The notes beneath the pieces are model-generated. The model saw only the letters and a program-made list of their open reading frames with translations. It was not told the DNA's origin and did not search any database. 51,049 bases of DNA from an uncultured archaeon. GTDB taxonomy: Archaea; Asgardarchaeota; Thorarchaeia; Thorarchaeales; Thorarchaeaceae. The DNA is taken from NCBI GenBank assembly GCA_964590575.1, contig CAZPWM010000014.1, positions 1 through 51,049 of the forward strand, given 5' to 3'. Each line of letters begins with the position of its first letter. Position 1 is the stretch's first letter. A program made the translations under genes and the position numbers. Positions 40,087 through 49,584 of the stretch are shown here, in pieces.

Positions 40087-41490
40087 TTACCAATAACTGT
40101 CAGGCCATCTTTCTTCGAAAAGTCGTAGGGCTTTGTTTTCAACAGTGGAATCGGTATCTTGAATCCCTTGACGTATTATACCAACCGCTTGATCCCTTGG
40201 AAGATTGTCACTAGCTTCTAGAACAGCCAGTCGAACTCTTGGGTCATTATCATTCATGAGTCGGCGGAGGTGATCTTCTACGCCAACAATTGTAATTGTG
40301 GAGATTGCCCTCACAGTATCGATTCGAGCGTCAGTGGAAGCAGCACGGGAGAGCTGTTCCAAAGTGGCCATGTATTTTGCAGTCACTTCAGGCTTTGGTG
40401 GAGCAGGAGCAACTGTCTTCCTGGTGAGAGGTAGAGGGGGTTTCTGAGGTTCAAAGTACTTAGAAGACTCAATGGCAGAAATGGCTTTAGCCAAACGTCT
40501 CCTTACAGCTCCTGCAGTTTCAGGAATAAGATTACACAGATAATCAATCTTCGAGTAATCACCAGAAGCTTCAAGCAGATTTATTGCCTTTATTTGCAGG
40601 GGCGCGTTCCCAATTGTAGCAAGGGACACCAGTGCATCATTACAATTCTTGGTTTTCGAAATCTCGACCTCTCTCAGTGCGTTTCTCTGGATTTCCCCAT
40701 CCTCAGAACCAAGTTTTATCATAGCCAAGTATGTCTTGTAAAGCACCCAAAGCTCCGTGGACCACATGTATTCTTGTTCAACTGCTCTAATCTTCCTAGT
40801 AATAACATAAGGCCAGCTTTCTAGTGGTATTTCTACTAGGTTGGATTCAATATCATGACCAAACGAATGAAAAATTTCCCGGAGCTTCAGGAAATCATTT
40901 TCTCCAATAATAGGATATTCAGAATTGAATTTGAAGGCATTTGCCATTTTACGGCCATAGTGTGTTTTCAAGAGATCTGAAAGATTATACCGAATTTTCT
41001 CCTGCCCATCACCCGAAGAAAAAACGGAATAGGAGATTTTACAGGATTTCAGCTCATTGACTCTATCTGAAAGAACATGTGGGGTGAGAACAATGTAGGG
41101 TGTATCCATCAGAGCATCGATTTCAACACAAGAATGGTCGATAGGAGACCCAGAAGTCTGAACCATGTCGAGAACAATTTCGGAGAGGAGGGCTCGAGCT
41201 TCATTTCGATTAGAGGCACCAGTGACCAACCTGAAGATGACGTAGGAAGGTAGATGCAGAGCAAAGTATATGCTTTCAAATCCAAGGTACTCTGCGAAGA
41301 CGTCTCGTATCTTTAGCTGATATTGTGAGAAGCTACCATCCCATTCAATTATCCGTTCCAGCTTGGACGAGAATAGTTCGACTTGATTTGCTGCTAATAC
41401 CCGATCCAAAAATGCAAATGCAGGAACAAGAAGACCACTGTCGACTGAACCCAAAAATGAAGCTATAGACTCGTTCACATTCTGCCCCAT
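40087..41490 (-). CDS. Hypothetical protein with C-terminal HEAT repeats
   Basis: LMNDNDPRVRLAVL, DTDSTVENKAL and a Pro-rich linker. Confidence 0.75.
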   Translation of the reverse strand: MGQNVNESIASFLGSVDSGLLVPAFAFLDRVLAANQVELFSSKLERIIEWDGSFSQYQLKIRDVFAEYLGFESIYFALHLPSYVIFRLVTGASNRNEARALLSEIVLDMVQTSGSPIDHSCVEIDALMDTPYIVLTPHVLSDRVNELKSCKISYSVFSSGDGQEKIRYNLSDLLKTHYGRKMANAFKFNSEYPIIGENDFLKLREIFHSFGHDIESNLVEIPLESWPYVITRKIRAVEQEYMWSTELWVLYKTYLAMIKLGSEDGEIQRNALREVEISKTKNCNDALVSLATIGNAPLQIKAINLLEASGDYSKIDYLCNLIPETAGAVRRRLAKAISAIESSKYFEPQKPPLPLTRKTVAPAPPKPEVTAKYMATLEQLSRAASTDARIDTVRAISTITIVGVEDHLRRLMNDNDPRVRLAVLEASDNLPRDQAVGIIRQGIQDTDSTVENKALRLFEERWPDSYW

Positions 41491-41529
41491 ATTGGATTCC
41501 TTATGTCAATATATGAACCTCTCTCAAAA

Positions 41530-41570
41530 TACAGAAAGGAGGAAAGGCCTAGCTTCTGCAGCGCTAGGCC
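41530..41570 (-). terminator. Hairpin after the small ORF
   Basis: GGCCTAGC/GCTAGGCC 8-bp stem (41546-41570) followed by a pyrimidine tract on the minus strand. Confidence 0.55.
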
Positions 41571-41590
41571 ATAAAAGAGGGTGAGGAGAA

Positions 41591-41860
41591 TTAGGAACCT
41601 GATCCGCGCATCCTATGCACGATAAAACATTTCTCACGATAAGCTTGATCTTCTAAATCATTGATGAAGGTTTCAAGCTTCTTTACCCTGGTGAACTCTT
41701 CTTCAATTCCAAGGTCGCGGACTTGAATCAACGCTTTCTTGTGTTCAATCCGCACATATATTCCGCCCAGTCCCACTCCGTGTTTCATGTATACGGGGTC
41801 GTCCTGGTTCTTGACTCGGTAAAAACCCTGTCTTCTAAGCATTCTACTGAACATCATCAT
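41591..41860 (-). CDS. Small hypothetical protein
   Basis: 89 aa with a GGGAGGG SD, an upstream TTTATAT box and a downstream hairpin. Confidence 0.75.
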   Translation of the reverse strand: MMMFSRMLRRQGFYRVKNQDDPVYMKHGVGLGGIYVRIEHKKALIQVRDLGIEEEFTRVKKLETFINDLEDQAYREKCFIVHRMRGSGS

Positions 41861-41893
41861 AGTGTCTTAGCCCTCCCGGCGGTAGACAAAGAA

Positions 41894-42192
41894 GTACACG
41901 TTATCCTAAATATAAAGGATTAGGGTTTTAATAGGTAAACGCAAGCTTTTCGCGCCATATGCTATTCTATGGAAGCTGCCTTAGACGATACATATGATAG
42001 AAATATGTTCATAATACTGCAAAATAAGCATTTTAGAAGCATAATTCAATAATATTAGTGGTAGTATGCTATTTCTAGCTTCCAAGCATACAGAATGGCG
42101 CGAAATAGCTCAACGTTTACAATTAGGACGGAAATTCGAGTTCAAAATAGTCCACAACGTTTACAGCATTAAGAACTCAACGTGTACAGTAT
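41894..42192. repeat. Cluster 2 of the CGTKTAC motif (5 exact copies)
   Basis: Copies at 41894(-), 41935(-), 42114, 42158 and 42181. The last three read CAACGTKTACA. Confidence 0.8.
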
Positions 42193-42441
42193 GGACGCCT
42201 AGCCCGTATGACCCCAGTATGAGACAAGTCTCATCATATTTAATGAGACGGTTGTCTCAACGTCCAGAGCTTATTTTGAAGAGGAAAAATCCGTTCATCC
42301 ATCGTCCCTCCAGTATACGCCGCATTAGAAACATGGTTTTCATGCGGAATCTTTGGGAATCTTGGAATCTGAAACAGATCTTTGACACAATCCTTTTCTG
42401 GAAGGTTTGCTATTAGAGAAAGAGATGAGGGCACGAACTCC

Positions 42442-42639
42442 ATGACGATTGTGTTGACATATACCACAAAAGAGGGCACTCAGGAGGAAGTTGAGTTTGA
42501 TGATGCTGCTATTGAAATTGACCTTTATATCATAAGCAAGTTCCCGATCTCAGGAGTGAAAATGAGCAATGAGCTGAAGGAAGCCATCTGGTGGATTGCG
42601 AAAAACAAGGGGACATGGTGGGATAGGATACAGGAGTAA
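42442..42639 (+). pseudogene. Probable internally deleted remnant of an LRR-protein gene
   Basis: MTIVLTYTTKEGTQEEVEFD...IEIDL is joined to GVKMSNELKEAIWWIA. These resemble, from memory, the termini of Thorarchaeia LRR proteins. Confidence 0.4.
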
Positions 42640-42657
42640 AGTGGTCTCACACACAAT

Positions 42658-42684
42658 CTATAAAAGTTAGATGTGTCTAACTTT
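42658..42684 (+). promoter_or_regulatory. TATA box overlapped by a 9-bp inverted repeat (operator-like)
   Basis: CTATAAAA overlapping AAAGTTAGA-TGTG-TCTAACTTT, upstream of SD GAGGTG at 42700. Confidence 0.55.
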
Positions 42685-42713
42685 GTTGTGTGCTGATTAG
42701 AGGTGTTCAAAGA

Positions 42714-43283
42714 GTGGAGATAGTGTTCTTTCCCCCACTGGGCATAGGTTGGATTTACGGATGGATTCTGCTTTGTGTTTGGTGGCTTATTCAGGGATTA
42801 TCAGTACTTGCAGTGCCAAAAGATGTGAGAGAAAGACTGTTTGAGTTTGATAGATCCAGTTGGAAAACAAGTCAGAGAGCTTCTTTTGCGGCAGGCAAGC
42901 TAGTCGGATTGGTATTTCTGATCGTAGCTGCACTCACTCAGATCAATTTCGACTCAATCGAATTCCTCATCGGGATGATTGTATTCGCGGGGGGTTTACT
43001 TGGTCTGGTAATAGCTATACACAACTTTCAGAACACCCCTTTAGATAGTCCTGTCGCGATTGGTTTATACAAATACTCACGACACCCTCAGTTAGTGATG
43101 CTTCTGATCATAGGAGTTGGACTGAGTATTACACTAAGCTCATGGTTTCTGTTACTGCTTAGGATCATATCCTTTGGTCTTGAGCACCAAGGCGTAATTG
43201 CAGAGGAGAATGAATGTCTGATGCGTTTTGGTAGCTCCTATAAGGAGTATCTGGAGCGAGTACCTAGATACTTGATAGTCTGA
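42714..43283 (+). CDS. ICMT/PEMT-family membrane methyltransferase
   Basis: GLYKYSRHPQ and EENECLMRFG.SY.EY..RVPRY. Confidence 0.82.
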   Translation: MEIVFFPPLGIGWIYGWILLCVWWLIQGLSVLAVPKDVRERLFEFDRSSWKTSQRASFAAGKLVGLVFLIVAALTQINFDSIEFLIGMIVFAGGLLGLVIAIHNFQNTPLDSPVAIGLYKYSRHPQLVMLLIIGVGLSITLSSWFLLLLRIISFGLEHQGVIAEENECLMRFGSSYKEYLERVPRYLIV

Positions 43284-43354
43284 TAGGATTGGATTGAACA
43301 AAGACAAGCCTTAAAATGAATTCAACCTGCATCGACAGCCAAGGCGAAAGCACA

Positions 43355-43879
43355 ATGCAATTCTTGAATGACCTTTTGCAAGCAATCTCAACGATACCCG
43401 GATCAGCTATTTTCATTACAATAGTATCGATCAGTCTTGCTCTCATGTCAATCTGGGCAACTCGAAGATTCACGAACATGGAGAAGATGCAGGCGGATAT
43501 GGCAGAGGTCAAAGCCTGGCAAGAGCGATTCAATAAAGCAAGGAAGTCAATGGATCCGATTGAACTCCAGCAGGTCATGGATGACCAAGGTAGGATAATG
43601 CGACTCAATACATCAATGATGAGTGCTCGAATGAAGCCTATGTGTGTCTACTATATTCCGTTCCTCATCATCTTTGGTATTTTGAACGTCATCTTTGGAA
43701 ACAGCGTAGTGGCAATACTCCCTTTCAACATTCACAAGGTGCTTCCATTCCTCGTTGGTTACCTTGGTGTTCCAACAGCAGGAGGATTCGGCCTAAGTTT
43801 CTATGGCTTCTATTTCCTCGTTGGTTTGGGACTTGGAAATATCATAAGAAGACCCTTTGGACTCTCTATGACCACATAG
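43355..43879 (+). CDS. EMC3/TMCO1 (DUF106) Oxa1-superfamily membrane insertase
   Basis: TM1, Met-rich coiled coil, MKPM, TM2 and TM3 with a FY motif. Confidence 0.85.
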   Translation: MQFLNDLLQAISTIPGSAIFITIVSISLALMSIWATRRFTNMEKMQADMAEVKAWQERFNKARKSMDPIELQQVMDDQGRIMRLNTSMMSARMKPMCVYYIPFLIIFGILNVIFGNSVVAILPFNIHKVLPFLVGYLGVPTAGGFGLSFYGFYFLVGLGLGNIIRRPFGLSMTT

Positions 43880-44145
43880 ACAGGACCATCTCTTCCTATG
43901 AACGCCATGTTGTGCCGTGTATGACACATAGATTACGCGGTTCAGTTCCCTTTTATTCACAGATTCATCGTAAGATGTTGCGGTTCCCATCTGAGCATTG
44001 CCGAATATCGGCTATGGGGACATGAGAAAGGGTGTAAAGTATACTGATATCATCCCTATGGTCTTTCTTCCAAGTTACATCCTTTCTCTGCACTTCATTA
44101 TTCAATCAGTAACCGTTTTAACTTGACCCACGGAATCTGTAACTT

Positions 44146-45339
44146 ATGAGCGCGGAACCCTCGAAAGTCTACTTTGGATCTGTTAACCTGGGTAACATCG
44201 GAAGAAGGGCTGCTTTTGGAGCCAAAGTGGATGAAGTTGTTAAGAAGCTGAACTTCAAGACTATTGATAAGAAGGATAAAGTTGCAATCAAGATGCATCT
44301 TGGTTTCAATGATGGATATCAAACTGTACCAGTATTCTTTGTCAGAAGAATTGTGAAAGCTGTAAAGGATGCGGGTGGGTATCCATTCGTCACCGACAAC
44401 CCAACTGCGGTATACAATGCAGTTGAGAGAGGGTATACACAGGAAACCTGTGGATGTCCTCTTATCCCTGTTGCAGGTGTAAAGGACGGATACACATATG
44501 ATTTCAATGTTAACTTCCACAATGTCGATACTCTCAGAATTGGAGGTGTCCTCTACGATGCTGATGTTCTGATCGACCTTTCACATGTCAAGGGACATAA
44601 TTCATGTGGTTTTGGTGGTGCAATTAAGAACATCGCTCTTGGAGGGTACCATGGGCCTTCTCATTGGCAAAAGATACATGGCGTCGAGCAGTCAATTCCC
44701 TATTGGGACCCTAATAAATGTACACCGGAACATGCTAAGAAACTGGTAAATGCTTGCAAAGATGATTGTATCAAATACGATGAAAAGAAGCACAAGCTCA
44801 CACTTTCATTTGGTATGTGTCACCAATGCCTAGATTGTGTGAAGGCAGACGAGGGAGTTGGATGTCTTGATTTCAAGCAAGAGAACTTTGCATTATTTCA
44901 GGAACTTATGGCGATTGGAGCAAATGAAATCCTCAAAACTTTTGATGAGGATAAACGGTTCTTCCTGAATTTTCTCCTTGACATAACTCCCTACTGTGAT
45001 TGCTGGGGTATCGGTTTTCCGAATGTAGTAAATGATATCGGAGTATTAGGAAGTAGGGATATCATTGCTATTGAATAAGCTAGTCTTGACCTAATTGCTA
45101 AGGAGGGTCTAATTGAGAGCATGATTCCGCCCTTCTTCAGGGTACACAATGATCCTGGTTTACACCCATTCCAACGGCTTCATGGACCAATGAAAGACCC
45201 GTATCTTACGGTCAACTATGGTGAGAAGCTTGGTATGGGGGTTAGAAACTACAAACTCGTAGAGGTTCTTTCACCGAAAAAGACAGCAAAGCAGAAAGGG
45301 CCTCAGACAGTGAGTGAGCCATCACAATCATTCTTCTAG
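44146..45339 (+). pseudogene. DUF362 Fe-S protein interrupted by an in-frame TAA at 45076-45078
   Basis: SKVYF, VAIKMHLG, SHVKGH..GFGGAIKN, ITPYCDC and DIG. The same frame continues ASLDLI...GEKLGMG.RNY.L. Confidence 0.85.
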
Positions 45340-45438
45340 GAATGGATTCGACGTAGATAATGATTAATAGAATCAAAAACATCCTTTCAGTGGGACCAAT
45401 ATATCTGTTGAATTATATCTAGACCGAGTGATATCAAA

Positions 45439-45963
45439 TTGCCCTACAAACATTCACCAGAAGATAGACTCAAGCGATACAAGGCTAGTCTGGATAAGAT
45501 GGCGGAGGAGGAAGGGAGAAATCTCAAGTCGACGAAACAGGTGCAGAAGACCACTCAACCCAAGAATGAACGTATTGTAAATCCAGTAAAGACAGATGTA
45601 AAAAGGGTCAACCCGGCTGACCCCCAATTCAAGCCACCACAGGTCCTAGTTAGCCCTGCAAAGAAAGAACTTGGAGAATCTATTGCCACAGTACGGAAAG
45701 ATTCGAAAACTCTTAGTGATGCCAAAACCAAAGGGTCAGATGGACGAAATCTGCTAATGCTTAGGGTTCGACTTCGCTCCATTGAGAGCGCATTACGAGA
45801 TATCAAGAAGAGACGAGAAACACTAGAACTCCAACTCAAGAGTAAGTTCATTGACAAGAAAAAATACCAAGAAGAGATGACCGCACTTGTTGAAGAGGGT
45901 CGTTCATTACTCGTTGAGAAGGAACGTGTTGAGAAAGAGACGAAGGAACTGAAACGGGAGTAA
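45439..45963 (+). CDS. Hypothetical basic coiled-coil protein
   Basis: 174 aa, K/E/R-rich with heptads in the C-terminal half. Confidence 0.7.
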   Translation: MPYKHSPEDRLKRYKASLDKMAEEEGRNLKSTKQVQKTTQPKNERIVNPVKTDVKRVNPADPQFKPPQVLVSPAKKELGESIATVRKDSKTLSDAKTKGSDGRNLLMLRVRLRSIESALRDIKKRRETLELQLKSKFIDKKKYQEEMTALVEEGRSLLVEKERVEKETKELKRE

Positions 45964-46031
45964 TAAAAAATACATTGGTCTTATTTTCTATATCATATAT
46001 AATGGTTCAATCTTGCTGAAATCTGAGGAAA

Positions 46032-48554
46032 ATGAATATGACGAGGTTTAAGCACGTCTTAATTCTAATTATTTTAATCCTCCCAATGTTCGTACTTGCT
46101 CCTTCTCTGGTTGCAAGTCCGAATGAAACTCTTGTGAGTCAAGCAAAGGTAGAAACATCTCTGCCTGCTCAATTTATTCAACAGACTCTCAGAGTGGCAG
46201 TATATGCTGAGTCAAACCTGACTCTCCCAGCATATGCTACGGGAGGTGTGTACACAGATAATTATCAGAATGTCATTGATTTGCTAGAGTCTGCAGGTTA
46301 TGCAGTCACTGCATTGTCAACTCAGGACATCCTAGATAGAAAATTGAAAGTCGCTGACTATGATGCCTTTGTCCTGCCTGATCAATTACCAAAGGATAGC
46401 ATAATCAATCATGTCAAAGACTACTGGCTTGGTGGAGGAGGAATCCTTTGTTTTGAATCAGCCGTAGGTTACCTCTTTTATGCTGGGATGATTCATACAG
46501 ATTTTGAAGGGGATTTCATGCTTTGGCCAACAAACCCCGATGGCTTGTGGGCTTATCTTGACTATGATGGCTATGATGGCATAATGACAAATTCAAGACA
46601 TCCTGTCACAAAGAGCTTAGAAGGAGATACCCAGTATCCATTTACTGAAAATGCTGTGTACCTAGGCGGGTTTGATTTGGTTCCACGCTTAGGTGAGCGA
46701 TATATCGAATTAGGAATAGTTACCACTAATCCTTCATGGAGTTCAATGTTCGGAATAGACAATCCAGACAAAGGTGGGAAGATTGTATTCCTTCCTGGTA
46801 ACTGCAGTTCTTTTGAAACGTGGATAGAACCGGTGATTTTTGACGCAATTGATTGGATTGCACCACAGCCAAAGGGAAGAATAGCGATAGATTTCACACA
46901 TGTACCATACTATGGTGTAGATGGTTGGGATGAGAATGTGTCTAACGTTCCAAGGTACACGGAGTTCAGGAATTTTGCAGTGAATCATTCCTACACCTTC
47001 GACAAGATCTTTCCAGACGATTCTGGTGTCCTTACAGATGGGGATATTGCGCCGTATGATGTACTAGTCCTCAATCTTCCATCTATCAACTACACAACAG
47101 CAGAGATGGCAGTCATCAAAGACTGGGTGGAAAATGGTGGAGGATTGTTTGTAATGGCTGATTGGGTCTTGCAACCCGGACAACAAAACCTGAATGAAAT
47201 GATGAGCGATTGGGGACTCGCGATATCACAAGGATATGCGAATCTTGGCACTGTTGTAGTGTCCGATTTCGACGAACATCCAATTTTAGAATCTATAGGA
47301 GGAATATCCTTCCATGGTGGTGAATATCTAAATGTGAGTGGTGCTGCATATCCAGTTGCGTACGATGGACCGAATATTGTACTTGCAGGCTCAGAGCCGG
47401 TAAACGGGCGAGTCATACTAGCGAGTGATATCAATTTCCTTTCCTACGAATATATCGATGAGAATGATAATATTCAGTTTAGCATTAACCTGCTCAACTG
47501 GCTTTCTGCTGCGAAGGCTGATGTTCTAGTTTATACAGATGGGGGCTCCAATATTGATCCAAACTTCAACTATTATAGATCATCAATAGCTAATGCTCTA
47601 AATGGTCTCGGTATTCCGTTCATGATGACAAATGACCGTGATTACTTCAATCTAAGTTTGCAGATTGATACATGGAAACTTGTCATTTCCGATGCTAATA
47701 GTCTGGCACCTGCTACTGCCCATCCTCTTCTAATTGACCATCTAGAGAGTGGTGGCAAACTGATAATGCGGGACTTCATGTTCCGTCTTACAGGCTATCC
47801 TCTCTGGAACTACATTGGATGGGAAGGAAATGGAACCTCTATCACATCAGCACCACCTTCGGTCTATCTATGGGAGTCTGAACACAGCATTTTCAACTTA
47901 CCTGTGAACTATGGAGAAAATACAATCAATTCCAGCACGAACTACTTCAACACAGACTTTACCCATGTAACGCTGTTTGACAATGCGACAGCTCTTGCGG
48001 GAATTACAGTTTCACCCACTGAAAACATGTCAGCAATAGTTCTTGGAGCAGGCGGAAACGCGATCTGTAACATGTTCGGCATTTCAGAATACGACGAGGA
48101 CACAGACGAATCAACATATCCGGATAACTTCGAGTTGTTAACGAATGAGATTGCCTATCTGTACTTTGATAGACCCACAATCAATCATCCAGCTGATGTA
48201 ACCTATATGGAAACTGAAACTGGTAATGAGATTACATGGACTCCAACAGCAGATGCAGGTCCTTGGGAATATGTATTCAGCGTGAATGGAACACCTGTTG
48301 AAGGTGGTCAATGGACTGGAGCACTATTAATATTCAACGTTGATGGTGTCAATGTGTCCATCACTGAGTACGAGCTTACTGTATTTGACAAACTCGGATA
48401 CAGTGCGTCTGATTTGGTCATACTCAATGTGACTGAGTATGTTGAACAACCCGGAATTGGCTTTGATCCAACAATATTACTCATCATTGGAGCAGTAGCA
48501 GCTGGTGTGGTTATCCTTATAGTTGTCATCATGCAACTCAAGAAGAAGAAATAG
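46032..48554 (+). CDS. Secreted, C-terminally anchored cell-surface protein with tandem GATase-like (DUF4350-like) domains
   Basis: Signal peptide, three ...GGG(I/L)-type domains, many NxS/T sequons and a C-terminal TM followed by KKKK. Confidence 0.82.
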   Translation: MNMTRFKHVLILIILILPMFVLAPSLVASPNETLVSQAKVETSLPAQFIQQTLRVAVYAESNLTLPAYATGGVYTDNYQNVIDLLESAGYAVTALSTQDILDRKLKVADYDAFVLPDQLPKDSIINHVKDYWLGGGGILCFESAVGYLFYAGMIHTDFEGDFMLWPTNPDGLWAYLDYDGYDGIMTNSRHPVTKSLEGDTQYPFTENAVYLGGFDLVPRLGERYIELGIVTTNPSWSSMFGIDNPDKGGKIVFLPGNCSSFETWIEPVIFDAIDWIAPQPKGRIAIDFTHVPYYGVDGWDENVSNVPRYTEFRNFAVNHSYTFDKIFPDDSGVLTDGDIAPYDVLVLNLPSINYTTAEMAVIKDWVENGGGLFVMADWVLQPGQQNLNEMMSDWGLAISQGYANLGTVVVSDFDEHPILESIGGISFHGGEYLNVSGAAYPVAYDGPNIVLAGSEPVNGRVILASDINFLSYEYIDENDNIQFSINLLNWLSAAKADVLVYTDGGSNIDPNFNYYRSSIANALNGLGIPFMMTNDRDYFNLSLQIDTWKLVISDANSLAPATAHPLLIDHLESGGKLIMRDFMFRLTGYPLWNYIGWEGNGTSITSAPPSVYLWESEHSIFNLPVNYGENTINSSTNYFNTDFTHVTLFDNATALAGITVSPTENMSAIVLGAGGNAICNMFGISEYDEDTDESTYPDNFELLTNEIAYLYFDRPTINHPADVTYMETETGNEITWTPTADAGPWEYVFSVNGTPVEGGQWTGALLIFNVDGVNVSITEYELTVFDKLGYSASDLVILNVTEYVEQPGIGFDPTILLIIGAVAAGVVILIVVIMQLKKKK

Positions 48555-48562
48555 CATAAACT

Positions 48563-48606
48563 ATGGGAAGCTGTCTTTGGACAGCAACCCATCTCTCTCT
48601 TTTTTT
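48563..48606 (+). terminator. Hairpin plus T-tract terminator
   Basis: GCTGTC-TTTG-GACAGC followed by CTCTCTCTTTTTTT. Confidence 0.6.
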
Positions 48607-48681
48607 GACTAGAGAATACAACAACACAAAAGGCAAATATCCCTCATGGATTCAGAGAGATGAGTCCGGAGGCTGAATGCC

Positions 48682-49584
48682 TTGAGTAAGAAACGTGCAA
48701 CTGCACAACCGAAGCGTCTTGTCTATGTTCACAAGATATGTGAGCTGAGCAAACGTGGAGATATGAATGCAGTTGCAGACTTGATGAAGGGCTATTATTC
48801 GGACAAGAGTGCACACCCCTGGCATAATATCTACAAGGATATAGAAAAATTTTGGACTCGAGAACATCCAAAGAGAGATGTAACAGAAACGCTCATTCTT
48901 CTACGAGATGCTGTTTTTGGAGCGCTTGAGATTCTGTCCCTTAGCATACCACTAAACGTGCCAACAGCAGACTTAGTTGCTATACTCACAAAAGAAACAA
49001 CTTGGAATGAAGGAAGACGACAGGTCAGAAATAGGTGCATCGAGCTTATAGAAGACTTGACAAAGAAAAGGAAGACTCGATACTTGGTTCCTTCAGGACT
49101 TAAGCGAGATGGATTTGGCTTTCTTGTATCAGGAGTAGAAGATGCTGAACTGGAGACCTTCAGAAAGGCTAGACCAGAGATGAAGAAGGTTCTCAAGAAG
49201 AAGAAAGAGATACTAGATTTAACGCCACTGGAAAAAAGTAAGATAGGTAGCAGGTTTCTAAGAGAACAGATGGTCATGGAACCCAAGATAGATGAAGGGG
49301 ATGCACGAATACCTAACATACTCGAGGCGTATGACCATTTCTTGGTAGATTATGAGATAGATATGAGTTCCTCGATTTCTGAACCTGTTCCAACTGAGCA
49401 GGTCACATTAAATGGAACTCCAGTATCAGATGCTACATTGAGGATAACAGCTCCGAGTAGACGAGGTCGAGAAAAAGATGTACAACCACCATTGACAGAT
49501 TTCATAGAGAATAAAGGTTCCGTTAAGAAAAAGAAATCAAAGAAACCCTCAGGGCCAAAGGACAGGAGGGTTAAGAAGAAGTGA
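48682..49584 (+). CDS. Hypothetical protein with a PIP-box-like motif and basic tail
   Basis: QPPLTDFI at 49483-49506 followed by KKKKSKK. Confidence 0.75.
   Translation: MSKKRATAQPKRLVYVHKICELSKRGDMNAVADLMKGYYSDKSAHPWHNIYKDIEKFWTREHPKRDVTETLILLRDAVFGALEILSLSIPLNVPTADLVAILTKETTWNEGRRQVRNRCIELIEDLTKKRKTRYLVPSGLKRDGFGFLVSGVEDAELETFRKARPEMKKVLKKKKEILDLTPLEKSKIGSRFLREQMVMEPKIDEGDARIPNILEAYDHFLVDYEIDMSSSISEPVPTEQVTLNGTPVSDATLRITAPSRRGREKDVQPPLTDFIENKGSVKKKKSKKPSGPKDRRVKKK

Noticed and set aside
42066-42479. ORFs 42066-42416 (+) and 42240-42479 (-)
   Set aside because: No recognisable motifs, and they overlap the repeat cluster and palindromes.
43880-44100. Possible decayed methyltransferase fragment on the minus strand
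   Set aside because: Multiple stops and only a faint resemblance; it cannot be supported without a search.
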